Virus record (IMG/VR): IMGVR_UViG_3300021440_000014
Coordinates: 1-64,000 of that record
Length of the DNA stretch: 64,000 nt
Reading direction: 5' to 3' (one strand)
Origin: a virus
Within the stretch, counting starts at the first letter, position 1. The number at the start of each line of letters is the position of its first letter. The position numbers were made by a program, and so were the translations under genes. Positions 8,967 to 18,757 of the stretch are shown here, piece by piece. The notes beneath the pieces are model-generated. The model was not told the origin of the DNA and made no database searches. It was given only the letters and a program-made list of their open reading frames with translations.

Positions 8967-10145
8967 ATGCACATACTAGAAGCTTACGCTCTTTCATCTG
9001 GAAGGAAAATTAAAAAACCATTTATTGTAGAAAAGTTTTTCCCTCTTAATTTAGATAAGTATATAGTTATCCAACCATTCTCCAAGCCAAGCAAAAGCTA
9101 CGACTATTGGAATGATGTAATAGAGGAGATATATCCTATTTTACAACAAAACGGATACTCGATATTACAGATTGGAGCAAAAAACGAGCCTGCACTTAAG
9201 GGGTGCTATAATTTAGCGGGGCAAACTAATTTGGGTCAGGCTGCTTATTTAATTAGGAATTGCGAATTATTTCTAGGCGCGGACTCTTTCGGAGCACATA
9301 TAGCCAGTAGTTTTGGAAAGAAAATTGTCGCATTATACTCAAATAATTACGTTGAATGCGTTAAACCATTCTGGTCAACAAATGAAAATTCTATTCTTTT
9401 AGAGCCTGAAACAGGAAAGAAACCATCCTTTTCTTTTGAAGAAAACCCAAAGAGTATAAACAAAATACCTTCCGAAAAAATAGCAGAATCAGTAGTTAAG
9501 TTACTAGGTATAGATTATGAAAGTAAATACGAGACAATTTTTACTGGCTCCTTGTATCAAAACAAATATATAGAGACAATTCCCAATCAAGTAGTTAATA
9601 CTAAGGAAATCGGAATAGAGTCAATAGTCGTAAGAATGGATATGGTTTATAGCATAGACCATCTTGTTAATCAATTAAATTTATGCAAATGCTCAATCGT
9701 AACGGATAGAGAGATTGATATTAATTTAATTAAAGCTTTTAAAGATAGAATTAAAGAGCTTATCTTTGATGTCAAAAATGAAAAAGGATTTAGCGGCGAA
9801 TATCTATCAAGAATTCAAGAGCTAAATATACCTAATTTTTTACTTACCTCTCTTAAAGGAGACGATCTTAACAGAGTAAAATTAGAGTTTTTAGACTTCG
9901 GTAATATAAATGAGAAAAATGACCTTTCTTCTGTTCTAAAAGAATTAATTTCAAAATATCCAGATAAGAAATTATTTTATAAAAGCAATAAAATAACTTT
10001 AAGTGAAGGAATGATTTTTCAGTCTATTTTTGGCTTGAAAAATAATCTACCAGTTGCTAATATGAAATCTGAGATTCAAGAAGTTTCGCTTAATGAAGAT
10101 TTCATTGCGGAGATGGAAAATTTCAAAATTTTAATAGAAAAATAA
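8967..10145 (+). CDS. GT9 (heptosyltransferase-like) C-terminal-domain protein
   Basis: YIVIQPFS...KSYDYW, LQIG, NLAGQTNLGQAAYLI...FLGADSFGAHIASSFGKKIVALY. Confidence 0.8.
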   Translation: MHILEAYALSSGRKIKKPFIVEKFFPLNLDKYIVIQPFSKPSKSYDYWNDVIEEIYPILQQNGYSILQIGAKNEPALKGCYNLAGQTNLGQAAYLIRNCELFLGADSFGAHIASSFGKKIVALYSNNYVECVKPFWSTNENSILLEPETGKKPSFSFEENPKSINKIPSEKIAESVVKLLGIDYESKYETIFTGSLYQNKYIETIPNQVVNTKEIGIESIVVRMDMVYSIDHLVNQLNLCKCSIVTDREIDINLIKAFKDRIKELIFDVKNEKGFSGEYLSRIQELNIPNFLLTSLKGDDLNRVKLEFLDFGNINEKNDLSSVLKELISKYPDKKLFYKSNKITLSEGMIFQSIFGLKNNLPVANMKSEIQEVSLNEDFIAEMENFKILIEK

Positions 10146-10146
10146 A

Positions 10147-10893
10147 ATGGAAAACAAATCACCAACATTTAATAGAGAAGCCAATGGGTTAGTATCCGGC
10201 GTAACGTATCAATTTAATCCAGACGGAACTGTAAACTGGAGGAAAATGATAAAACCAGAATTCCTAGTCCCAAATGAGGAGAGACTTTCTGCGCAGCAGT
10301 TAGAAAATCTATCAACTTTAAATGTTCAAGATTTGAAGGATGAGCAGGTGCTTATACTTTTGGGCGGGATAAAGGAGCTTGCCTTCTTAAGAGGTTTTAC
10401 CTCTGTTAATTATCAAGTTCATGCGGCAACAAGAGAATATATCTGCGTTCAATGCAATATTATGTGGATGCCTCATTTTGAAACTCAAAATTATTGTGTC
10501 AGTTCTTCCGCATTAGCCGACGCTCATGTAGATAATACTAATAGAATGGGCTTGGATTTCTTAGCTTCTATAGCAGAGAACAGAGCATTTGTAAGAGCCG
10601 TAAGAAATTTCCTTAGAATAAATATAGTCGGTAAAGACGAAATGAAAAACAGAAGAGAGGCTACAGAAAACATAAATTCAATAAACCAATCTACATCAAG
10701 TTCTGGACCGGCAGTTTTAGATGAATACGGTTTCCTTTCCGATTTACTAGAAAAGAAGTCTATTACATTCGACAAGGTAAGAGCTAGGCTAGTAAGAGAA
10801 GGAGTCGAATCCGCTGATACCTTCCAGACGGTTAAAGATATTCCCGCTCCAGAGGTTTATAAGCTTATAGAAGCATTAAAGAAGCTTAAGTGA
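10147..10893 (+). CDS. Putative single-strand annealing protein (Rad52/Red-beta/Sak-like)
   Basis: IAENRAFVRAVRNFL resembles the SSAP AETRAxxRAxR helix. LLGGIKELA motif and a short C-terminal helical domain. Confidence 0.45.
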   Translation: MENKSPTFNREANGLVSGVTYQFNPDGTVNWRKMIKPEFLVPNEERLSAQQLENLSTLNVQDLKDEQVLILLGGIKELAFLRGFTSVNYQVHAATREYICVQCNIMWMPHFETQNYCVSSSALADAHVDNTNRMGLDFLASIAENRAFVRAVRNFLRINIVGKDEMKNRREATENINSINQSTSSSGPAVLDEYGFLSDLLEKKSITFDKVRARLVREGVESADTFQTVKDIPAPEVYKLIEALKKLK

Positions 10894-11251
10894 TTGAGTT
10901 CTCTATCACTGTAAAAATAGCATTTACTCTGCCAGTTTGAGGGGATCTAATAGTTATTGCATCATCTGCGTTAAGGGCTACGAAATCCTGAAGAGCGGAA
11001 ACAACAGAGTATCCTGTGGAAATTCCGCTTATCATTAATGGGTAGGTAGAAAAGTTTACATTACTACTCGAAGTGCCCAAGCCAACCGCATTCCAGTCTT
11101 CTAAATAAATATTAACATAGGCTGACTGATTCGTTTCGTTCGCTAAAGAAATTTGTTTCACTAAAGCGGTTTTATCTACTGGACACTTATATCCAGTTAA
11201 AGGAGAAAATCCTGACAAGAAAATTGGAACTGTTTTATATTCTGATGGCAT
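10886..11251 (-). CDS. Small putative virion protein
   Basis: Last gene of the - strand tail operon. Beta-rich and SG/TG-rich like its neighbours. Confidence 0.55.
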   Translation of the reverse strand: MPSEYKTVPIFLSGFSPLTGYKCPVDKTALVKQISLANETNQSAYVNIYLEDWNAVGLGTSSSNVNFSTYPLMISGISTGYSVVSALQDFVALNADDAITIRSPQTGRVNAIFTVIENSIT

Positions 11252-11255
11252 ATTT

Positions 11256-14200
11256 TTAAGAGAAAACGTAAATTTTTGTTTCTAAATCATTTAAATTAGA
11301 TACATCGTAGTAGTCATATACCTTTACACCGCTATAAAGACCAGTGATACCAGCAGTATTTAAAATACATAAATCATACGTTTTATCTGTTAAACTTGTT
11401 AAAGTTGGTATGGTGAATTTTATACTTTCGGTATTAGTAGCGGGACTGCCCCAGCTTGTATTAGGACTATGAACTACGCAGTCGTATCTATTTCCAAATG
11501 CATCTCTTAAAAAGCCGCTTGTTATAGCTTGAAAGTTTTGACCGCTTAAGGTAATATTAGTTCCAGTAAATATAGACATTTTTCTTGGATTAGGAGAAAT
11601 ATTACTAAAATATGGTTGTTTAAGATAAGATATAGAAGTCTCTGATGTTTTTGGGTATGGCAGGTTTATATCTCCAATTCCATTAGAAAGCCAATCTTGA
11701 CGCCTTAGTTTTATTTCGGCATCTTCGACAATTACATCGACTATATTGCCTAGTATTCCTGTTATTAATTTATCAGATACGGCTTTAAAGCTCTGAATAT
11801 TGCTAAATTCAGATGACAATAAATATTTTCCTGATAAAATTACATTTTCTACCCTTTTAAGGTTAGTTCCAGAAATAGATATCAACGTATTAAAGCTTCC
11901 TATTCTTGGCGAGAATCCGCTTATAGTAGAAATGCCACCAGTAATTCTTATTCCACTTATAAATTTAGCACCAGAAAATTCAGAAGATATATTAGAATTA
12001 AAATCTGTCCATCCACTAAATATAGGATATAAATTTCCAGTTCCGTAAAATTGGCCATTTATATAGCCCGTAATTTTTACATAATTTAACGATTGCTCAT
12101 CATAGCCAAAAGACAAATCTGAGTATTTATCTATTATATTAAAATGTTCTCCGCTTCCACTTACCAAGAAGCCAGTAACTTCATATCCATTTATCAATTT
12201 AAATGAGAATTGAGAACCTATGAATGAATTACCAGTTAAAGTAGATGAAATTATTTTAGGTAAAGGATTAAAAACTATATTTGAATTTCTAAATTTGTTA
12301 TTTCCACTTACAGAAATATAATCTGTAACAATTCCATAGGGAACATAAGTGGTAGCTAATTCAGAATTTACTATATTAGTTCCGGTAGACGAAATAAGAT
12401 TTCCATCGTATTTTTTAAAATAAAAATTACATCCTGAAAAATTTTCGCCACTTAAAGTTAGAATTTCGCTTGGAAGAGCTTTAGATGGGTATACTCCAGT
12501 TACTTTAGGAGGGTAGAGAATAGTAATTGAGCCGCTTGTCCCTGTTTCAAATCCTTTGTTTCTTAAATAAACTCTCTGAGAGATAGCACCATTAGGAACA
12601 AAAGTATACAGAGTATTTCCAGATGAATAAAAATTTGAGACTGTAAATAAACCGCTTCTTCCGCTAAAAACTATTCCTGTAACGTAGTTTAAATAATTTC
12701 CAGAGAAAGTAAGAGCTTCCGATACTACGACTGGATTTGGATAGTAGCTATTAATAACAGGAGAAGGAGGAACAACGATTAAATATCCGCTACTAACGCT
12801 TTCGCCCATTGCATTTTTAACTTTTATATAAGAGTTTAAAATACCAGAAGGAATCTGAATGTTTATACCTGTATCATTTACAGAAGTAAAATTAGCAGAC
12901 TGATCATTTAGCGAAACTCCTGTTACTAAATCAAATCCAGTTCCATATATTGAGATACTGCTTCCCCAAAGCCCCGATAATGGAGAAAATCCAGATATTG
13001 AAGGCTTGTCTACATAAGAGAATACTCCTGTCGAAACGATAATAGAATTACCATTGTTTATTATTATATTATTGTTTTTTACATATCTTCCGGGGACAGA
13101 TATATCCAAATAGGCATTATTGTCAGATCCAGTTATAGGGTAAACAGGTATATAATTTAAACTATTAAAATAAATAACTGAATCTAAATATAGGTTAGAT
13201 CCAGATATTCTCAATGTATCATTCTCTTGCCCGTATCCGTAAAATCCACTTATAGTAGGCGCACCCTTCAAATGAAAGACGTTATATCCAGACCCTATAC
13301 CACCAGAAGCGAAGACCTTAATAGAAACTTTTCCCTCATTAAATGGCAAAGCTCCACTGTATAAATTTGGGACATTTAAATATATTGTATTATTAAGCGA
13401 GCTACTGCTAAACGCTCCTGTATTCGAAACCGTAAATTTGCCCGTGCCTTGGCAAAAGTCTATACCAGTTACGTTTTTGAAATTAGAGCCATAAATTATT
13501 AAATTATTTAATACATTACCTGAAGAAGGATAAACATTGCTTACTACTGGAGTTGGCGGAATAATATTTAAACTAAAAGAGGACGGATGAAAATCGTAAG
13601 TATTAGATTTTAATATATTAACCGGACCAGAAGAGGCATTTTCTGGCACTGAACCAGTTAATTTAATTGAATTTATTACTTTAAATTCTCCAGTAGCACC
13701 ATTGAAAGAAACATAGCATGAGTTATTTACTGAATTATAATGAATTATATCAGTAAGGAAGTTAGAGCCGGATATTGTCAATGCGTCTCCAGTGCTCGCG
13801 TTTCTTCTGTCTAGCCCAGAGATGTAAGCAAATGGCTGAATTTTATCTGAGCTTAAACATGTAAGACCACTCTGGGCAAATAATTTTATGAAACCTTTAG
13901 TATTTCCACTAGGCAATGAGAAAGAAATACCAGAGTTAGAAAGAACACTGAAAGATGAAACATTTAAATTGTTTACTGTTATACCTGTTACTCCAGAAAA
14001 AGCATACCCTCTTACATTTATAATTGAGTTTGGAAGTCCTGTTAAAGGGTAAAAGCCGGTAATAATAGGAGATGGAACAAATAAAAATTTAGAATATGAA
14101 GTTAAATTTCTGGAAGCCGATTCAATTCTAACTCTACCCCATGCAGAATCCTTAGGAACAGTTACAAAAATGTTTTTATTTACTTCTCTAAAATCTCCTG

Positions 14201-14291
14201 AAGCCTCCCCAGCGAAAACCACAGCACTTATCTGGAAAAGCCCGCTGCCAGTTATGCTTATTGTTTCATTTATATTTCCGGTCGTTACCAT
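11256..14291 (-). CDS. Multi-IPT/TIG (Ig-like) repeat virion protein
   Basis: Repeated PxIxxFxPxxG...xIxIxGxNF...xxxVP units, roughly ten, across 1011 aa. Confidence 0.8.
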   Translation of the reverse strand: MVTTGNINETISITGSGLFQISAVVFAGEASGDFREVNKNIFVTVPKDSAWGRVRIESASRNLTSYSKFLFVPSPIITGFYPLTGLPNSIINVRGYAFSGVTGITVNNLNVSSFSVLSNSGISFSLPSGNTKGFIKLFAQSGLTCLSSDKIQPFAYISGLDRRNASTGDALTISGSNFLTDIIHYNSVNNSCYVSFNGATGEFKVINSIKLTGSVPENASSGPVNILKSNTYDFHPSSFSLNIIPPTPVVSNVYPSSGNVLNNLIIYGSNFKNVTGIDFCQGTGKFTVSNTGAFSSSSLNNTIYLNVPNLYSGALPFNEGKVSIKVFASGGIGSGYNVFHLKGAPTISGFYGYGQENDTLRISGSNLYLDSVIYFNSLNYIPVYPITGSDNNAYLDISVPGRYVKNNNIIINNGNSIIVSTGVFSYVDKPSISGFSPLSGLWGSSISIYGTGFDLVTGVSLNDQSANFTSVNDTGINIQIPSGILNSYIKVKNAMGESVSSGYLIVVPPSPVINSYYPNPVVVSEALTFSGNYLNYVTGIVFSGRSGLFTVSNFYSSGNTLYTFVPNGAISQRVYLRNKGFETGTSGSITILYPPKVTGVYPSKALPSEILTLSGENFSGCNFYFKKYDGNLISSTGTNIVNSELATTYVPYGIVTDYISVSGNNKFRNSNIVFNPLPKIISSTLTGNSFIGSQFSFKLINGYEVTGFLVSGSGEHFNIIDKYSDLSFGYDEQSLNYVKITGYINGQFYGTGNLYPIFSGWTDFNSNISSEFSGAKFISGIRITGGISTISGFSPRIGSFNTLISISGTNLKRVENVILSGKYLLSSEFSNIQSFKAVSDKLITGILGNIVDVIVEDAEIKLRRQDWLSNGIGDINLPYPKTSETSISYLKQPYFSNISPNPRKMSIFTGTNITLSGQNFQAITSGFLRDAFGNRYDCVVHSPNTSWGSPATNTESIKFTIPTLTSLTDKTYDLCILNTAGITGLYSGVKVYDYYDVSNLNDLETKIYVFS

Positions 14292-14292
14292 A

Positions 14293-15339
14293 TTAAAATT
14301 CTCCTATACCTCCATTATCGATAGATATATACTCGTCAGAAGTATCCCTTCCTCTTGTCGTTATAACTGTTATCTTTCCAGATGGATAAACTGAATTTAT
14401 AGAAAACCTTATGTAAGGTATGTTTTTTATTTTTACAAATAAAGCACTTGCCATTTTTTCCTGACCATATAAAACAGAGACGAATCCATCTAAATTACTT
14501 CCAGAAACTAAAATTGGCTCATTAATTACTGGATTAAGCTTCGAAAAACCTGATATTTCGGGACCGTAGTTATTTATATTTTCCTGAGTTAAAGTATAAG
14601 ATGATTCCAAAACACTGTTTTGGCCAACAGAAAGATTTCTGGCGGCAAGATTACCTGATACAAAAATATCGTCTACTTCTTCTTTGTATTTATTGCATAT
14701 TGAAACAGATATATATCCTTCTGCGCCAGAATATCCTATTCTTTTGTCTAACTCGTTACAGCTTATCTCGCAAACGGATTGTTTTTTAGATGGGAGAACT
14801 GAGTTCGGCCCTACAACGCCTTTATTGTATAAATCATCACGAAAATCAGCAGAATTTTCAACGCTTGATTTCCAAGATATTTTTCTAATACCAGATGAAG
14901 AAACAAAATTTGAATCGATAACACAGTCAGAAAAATTTAAGAAATTTGGTCTTGAAATTCTTTCTCTATTTGGAGCAAAACTTCCATTAAGATCTCCCCA
15001 AAATATTATTTCTGCACTTGCTTTAACGGGTGAATTTGGTATAAAATCAATCAAGTAAGAAGACACGAATCCTGACTCAAAATATAGTCCACCAAAATTA
15101 CATTTTACAGGAATAGAAGAGTTAGATAATAGGTTATTTTTAACGAAATCATTTCCAGTTAAATAATATGAAACAGACAATGTTCCATTTACGTCCGTGT
15201 TCCCTACAACATAAGTTGGGTCGTTATAACCAACGAGAACGTTACTTGAAAGGGCATTCCTGCAAGAAATTGAAGCTTCCTCCACGAATAGGGGCGAATC
15301 ATTAATAGTGATTTTACATTGTTTCGAAGAGTAAAACAT
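14293..15339 (-). CDS. Tail-tube-like minor tail protein with a C-terminal IPT/Ig domain
   Basis: Shares its pattern with neighbouring paralogues (ITIND...SISC...GG...GFVSSYLIDFIPNSPVKASAEIIFWG). C-terminal PEISGFSK...ILVSGSNL. Confidence 0.5.
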   Translation of the reverse strand: MFYSSKQCKITINDSPLFVEEASISCRNALSSNVLVGYNDPTYVVGNTDVNGTLSVSYYLTGNDFVKNNLLSNSSIPVKCNFGGLYFESGFVSSYLIDFIPNSPVKASAEIIFWGDLNGSFAPNRERISRPNFLNFSDCVIDSNFVSSSGIRKISWKSSVENSADFRDDLYNKGVVGPNSVLPSKKQSVCEISCNELDKRIGYSGAEGYISVSICNKYKEEVDDIFVSGNLAARNLSVGQNSVLESSYTLTQENINNYGPEISGFSKLNPVINEPILVSGSNLDGFVSVLYGQEKMASALFVKIKNIPYIRFSINSVYPSGKITVITTRGRDTSDEYISIDNGGIGEF

Positions 15340-16157
15340 TAGAAGCTCCTTTCTAAATTTATCTCGGTAACAACGTAATTATTAACAGATGAATTCATTT
15401 TTGATTCTGTTACGTATGAATCTTTGAAATCCATAGAAATTCTTTCCGCGAAATCTGTTCCATAATTACTAATATTCGATATCGAGACACTATCTACATT
15501 GCCGGATAAAGGAATAATAGAATTATTATTTAAATTACCAGAGAAATTGATTTCTAGGAATTTTTCTTTAATTAATGAGATCGTTTCATTTCCTTCCAAA
15601 AAGATTATATCGCTTGGACTCTTTCCCCCTATAGTAAACACTGGCTGATAATTTAATTCACAAGAGTATGAAAAACCATAGGTGCTTTGGAATCCAGTAT
15701 GTCCATAGTCTACATTTATAGCCCAAGAATGTAAAAATTTTGATTCATTATTATCGTAGTCTATTACTCCTCTTTTCTTTGATATTTTTCCAGATATAGG
15801 GTAAAAAGTAGTAAAAGAAACACTTGCTGCCGCAGGCTCATTAGGCGAAAAATTCAAACTGTAGCTTTTTATTAAAGCAGGGCATTTTAGTCCGCCTATA
15901 TCTATGTTCAAGAAAGAGACTTCAAACGGATTTGATTTTATTTTTTGTATCTCTAATAGATTTATATCATCTACTTTTGGTATATAATTTATTTCTATAT
16001 CAGATGTAATAACTGATTCTGGGCTTCTAACTGAAGAATTATAGTATCCAATTGGAGAAAGGTTCGCGAGCGAGCTTTTCTGGCTTATAGACGCAGAGTT
16101 GGCTATCAACCCTGTTCCATTGATTACGACATCACAATCTGAGAAATTTATAGCCAT
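15339..16157 (-). CDS. Tail-tube-like minor tail protein
   Basis: Paralogous to 14293..15339 (VVING...ASISQ...IGG...KSYSLNFSPNEPAAASVSF). Second half YGFSYSCELNYQPVFTIG resembles the tube protein's SYNLSFSLSRDPLEKLG. Confidence 0.5.
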   Translation of the reverse strand: MAINFSDCDVVINGTGLIANSASISQKSSLANLSPIGYYNSSVRSPESVITSDIEINYIPKVDDINLLEIQKIKSNPFEVSFLNIDIGGLKCPALIKSYSLNFSPNEPAAASVSFTTFYPISGKISKKRGVIDYDNNESKFLHSWAINVDYGHTGFQSTYGFSYSCELNYQPVFTIGGKSPSDIIFLEGNETISLIKEKFLEINFSGNLNNNSIIPLSGNVDSVSISNISNYGTDFAERISMDFKDSYVTESKMNSSVNNYVVTEINLERSF

Positions 16158-16163
16158 ATTTTA

Positions 16164-17657
16164 TTATAAATAAGAAATATCCTGTTTCTCATAACTGGCT
16201 TCGTAATGCTGAAATACTTCTTCACTACTTAATATCTTTGAGTAAATAGATACTTTATCGATATAGCCTTTAAAAATTACAGAGGCAAAAGTATTGCCTA
16301 TGTATAAAACTGGCATAGATAAATTACTACGAGTTATGGGGCATGATATGGTATTATTATACTGTCCATTTACGTATAAATCTATTTTACCTATTTCGGC
16401 ATTAAGACAGAAAGCATAGTGAACCCACGTATTATCTTGCGGAGAGACTCCCAAATCATAATCTACTCCATCAAGCCTAAAATGAAGGTTAGTCATTGTA
16501 TCTCCTATGACAATCGAAGGCCCACTCGAATCAGTTCCCCAAGAAAATAAGCCGCTTCCAGCAACTAATGCTCCATTTAAGTAGTCGCTGCTATAAAACC
16601 AGCCGCATATTGTGATTTTGTCAGAATTATGGGGGATAGAAGATAATGAATATGCATAGCTATTTGAACTATTGCCAAAAATTACTCTACCTGTTTCTGG
16701 ATCATTTAGGTTATTAAAAAGATAAAAATCTACATCTTTATTATAAACTAAATTTTTCCAAGTTAAATAAGAGTAAAAACTAGAATCATTTTGAGCGTCA
16801 AGAAAAAGAACTAAATCCTTGTTAGGTATATATTTTTTTGAATTGACAAATCCCCTATAAGTCAATGTAACAGTAGAGATAGTCTCTGAATCCCCAGAAT
16901 AGTCTTCTTTTATAAGTAACATATCTTCAAACTGAAAAGATGATAAGGCGTTAGATTTGTTGGTTTCATACAAATCTAAAGTAACGTTTGACTGCCTTTT
17001 CGTAAAGGGATAGTTTTTTAAGTTATATGCCTCATACTGTGCCGCACTTATAGTTACTGAAAAATTTACAGAAATTGGCCAATTTGTGTCCACTCTTTTG
17101 GGCGCGAAAGTTCCTAATATGTAATCAGCCCGTCTATTCACTATTATTTCTAAAGAATAAGAAAGAACGTGATCTGTAGAAAAATCATTTGTAGAGAAGG
17201 AAATACTTAAATCTTCTGACGAAGAATCTTTCACATCGTCTTCAGATGATATGAGATTTTGAGCTTCTTCGTATGATATTTTTCCAACATCTCCAAAAAC
17301 TGAGAAATCAGCAGAGATTTTAGGGGATTCACCTATTTGACACGAAGATGAGTATCTAGTAAGGTATCCACTAATGAATCCATAGTTATTCGTTACATTG
17401 TTTTTGTTAAAAATGATTATACCGTCTACAGGGTTAACTCCAGTATAAGATTTTAATGGGTCTACCGATACTAGATTGCAATTAACAGTAAAAGACCCAT
17501 TTTTCGGGCCAGAAACGTTGAAACTTGAGTTATCTGCGCCCAAAGAAGAGACATCTACTGCATTTACGGGGTTGCTAAAAGAAACATTTTGAACTCCTCT
17601 TACCCTTGAAGAGTTCAAATACAAGTATTGACTTTCTCTTCTAATATAATTAGACAT
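16164..17657 (-). CDS. Tail-tube-like protein with a C-terminal LamG/concanavalin A-like domain
   Basis: N-terminal RVRGVQNVSFSNPVNAVDVSSLG resembles the major tube RVQSINYGYSLNRRDVNQFG. C-terminal LVLFLDA...ITICGW...WVHYA...LYVNG...FKGYIDKVSIYSKILS is LamG-like. ATG at 17657 preferred over TTG at 17675. Confidence 0.7.
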   Translation of the reverse strand: MSNYIRRESQYLYLNSSRVRGVQNVSFSNPVNAVDVSSLGADNSSFNVSGPKNGSFTVNCNLVSVDPLKSYTGVNPVDGIIIFNKNNVTNNYGFISGYLTRYSSSCQIGESPKISADFSVFGDVGKISYEEAQNLISSEDDVKDSSSEDLSISFSTNDFSTDHVLSYSLEIIVNRRADYILGTFAPKRVDTNWPISVNFSVTISAAQYEAYNLKNYPFTKRQSNVTLDLYETNKSNALSSFQFEDMLLIKEDYSGDSETISTVTLTYRGFVNSKKYIPNKDLVLFLDAQNDSSFYSYLTWKNLVYNKDVDFYLFNNLNDPETGRVIFGNSSNSYAYSLSSIPHNSDKITICGWFYSSDYLNGALVAGSGLFSWGTDSSGPSIVIGDTMTNLHFRLDGVDYDLGVSPQDNTWVHYAFCLNAEIGKIDLYVNGQYNNTISCPITRSNLSMPVLYIGNTFASVIFKGYIDKVSIYSKILSSEEVFQHYEASYEKQDISYL

Positions 17658-17681
17658 ACCTTGAACCTTTAGCAATTATAT

Positions 17682-17710
17682 TTACACTATAAACTATTTT
17701 ATTGGTGTAA
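17682..17710. promoter_or_regulatory. Divergent pair of putative late promoters (GTGTAA on - at 17682-17687 and on + at 17705-17710)
   Basis: Back-to-back copies of the motif, each pointing into its own operon. Confidence 0.7.
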
Positions 17711-17730
17711 AATAAATAAGGAATAAGGCA

Positions 17731-18252
17731 ATGGACTCTATATTTAACATTGAGGAATGGGAGGCTAATAAAGTCTATTACAAAAACAGTATAGTAATAG
17801 ATAGTGGAACTATTTATTATGCATTAAAAACCCATTCATCTTCCATATTCGATAGAGTGAATAATTTTGGCGGTGTCCTAACTATTGGTCAAACTGAACT
17901 GCCAAATTTCATTTGGAAGCCCTCTTATGGTTCTAAAGCCTCTTTTGCGCCTCCAGTAAGGACAATTAAAATGGGGGATGGATACGAGCAAAATTACGCC
18001 GCAAATATAAAAAAAATAATCATAGAGCATGATTTAATTTTTGAGAATAGGAACGATCTAGAAGCGATGGCAATATATCATTTTCTATGGTCAAGGAACG
18101 GTAAAGACGTATTTTATTGGGAGCAACATTCTCAATTCTCTAAAATCTCCACTTTTATAGCAAAAGATATAGTTTTCCAAAGGAATTTCTTTAACAATAA
18201 TTCTATAAATGTCAAATTTATGGAAAAGCCAAGTTACCAAACTATTTTCTAG
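17731..18252 (+). CDS. Lambda gpM-like minor tail (distal tail) protein
   Basis: FIWKPSYG...VRTIKMGDGYEQ...GKDVFYW is typical of the phage minor tail M family. Confidence 0.75.
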   Translation: MDSIFNIEEWEANKVYYKNSIVIDSGTIYYALKTHSSSIFDRVNNFGGVLTIGQTELPNFIWKPSYGSKASFAPPVRTIKMGDGYEQNYAANIKKIIIEHDLIFENRNDLEAMAIYHFLWSRNGKDVFYWEQHSQFSKISTFIAKDIVFQRNFFNNNSINVKFMEKPSYQTIF

Positions 18253-18253
18253 T

Positions 18254-18757
18254 ATGTCTTCAATTTACGATATTCAAGATTGGAATTACTCATTTCCTTA
18301 TGTTAGAAATGATATAGTAAGATACGCGGGTAATTTCCTTTACTCACTTAAAGATATAGCCGAAAATACGGATTTTTCTTATGAAAATTTTGGCGGTTTT
18401 ATAATAACAAATGAAAGAAAACCAAATTTTATTTGGAAACCTTCGTTTCCTGTTAAGTATAATACTGTGAATAGGATAATTAATACATCTTTTAAAGAAG
18501 GTGCGTTAAGTCTTGGATACGATGGAATAAATAGTAACTCTATAGAAATAGAAATGAATTTTTCGAGCAGGGATGATAAAGAGGCAGCGGCAATATGTCA
18601 CTTCTTAGACCAAAGGGGTGGCGTAGAATCTTTTTATTACACGGTAGGTTTCCCATTTAATGTCTCTAAGTTATTTATATGCAAAGAGTGGCAAAGCACA
18701 CCTTCTAGCCTGAATATAAATAACATAACAGCCACATTTAAACAAGTATTCAACTAA
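18254..18757 (+). CDS. Second lambda gpM-like minor tail protein (paralogue)
   Basis: MSSIYDIQDW aligns with MDSIFNIEEW of the previous gene. PNFIWKPS, DGINS, FLDQRGGVESF, ITATFKQVF. Confidence 0.75.
   Translation: MSSIYDIQDWNYSFPYVRNDIVRYAGNFLYSLKDIAENTDFSYENFGGFIITNERKPNFIWKPSFPVKYNTVNRIINTSFKEGALSLGYDGINSNSIEIEMNFSSRDDKEAAAICHFLDQRGGVESFYYTVGFPFNVSKLFICKEWQSTPSSLNINNITATFKQVFN

Noticed and set aside
11324-11329. Additional GTGTAA copy near the end of the IPT gene
   Set aside because: It lies in coding sequence (Gly-Val-Lys codons) and could be chance, so it was not counted among the 12 sites.
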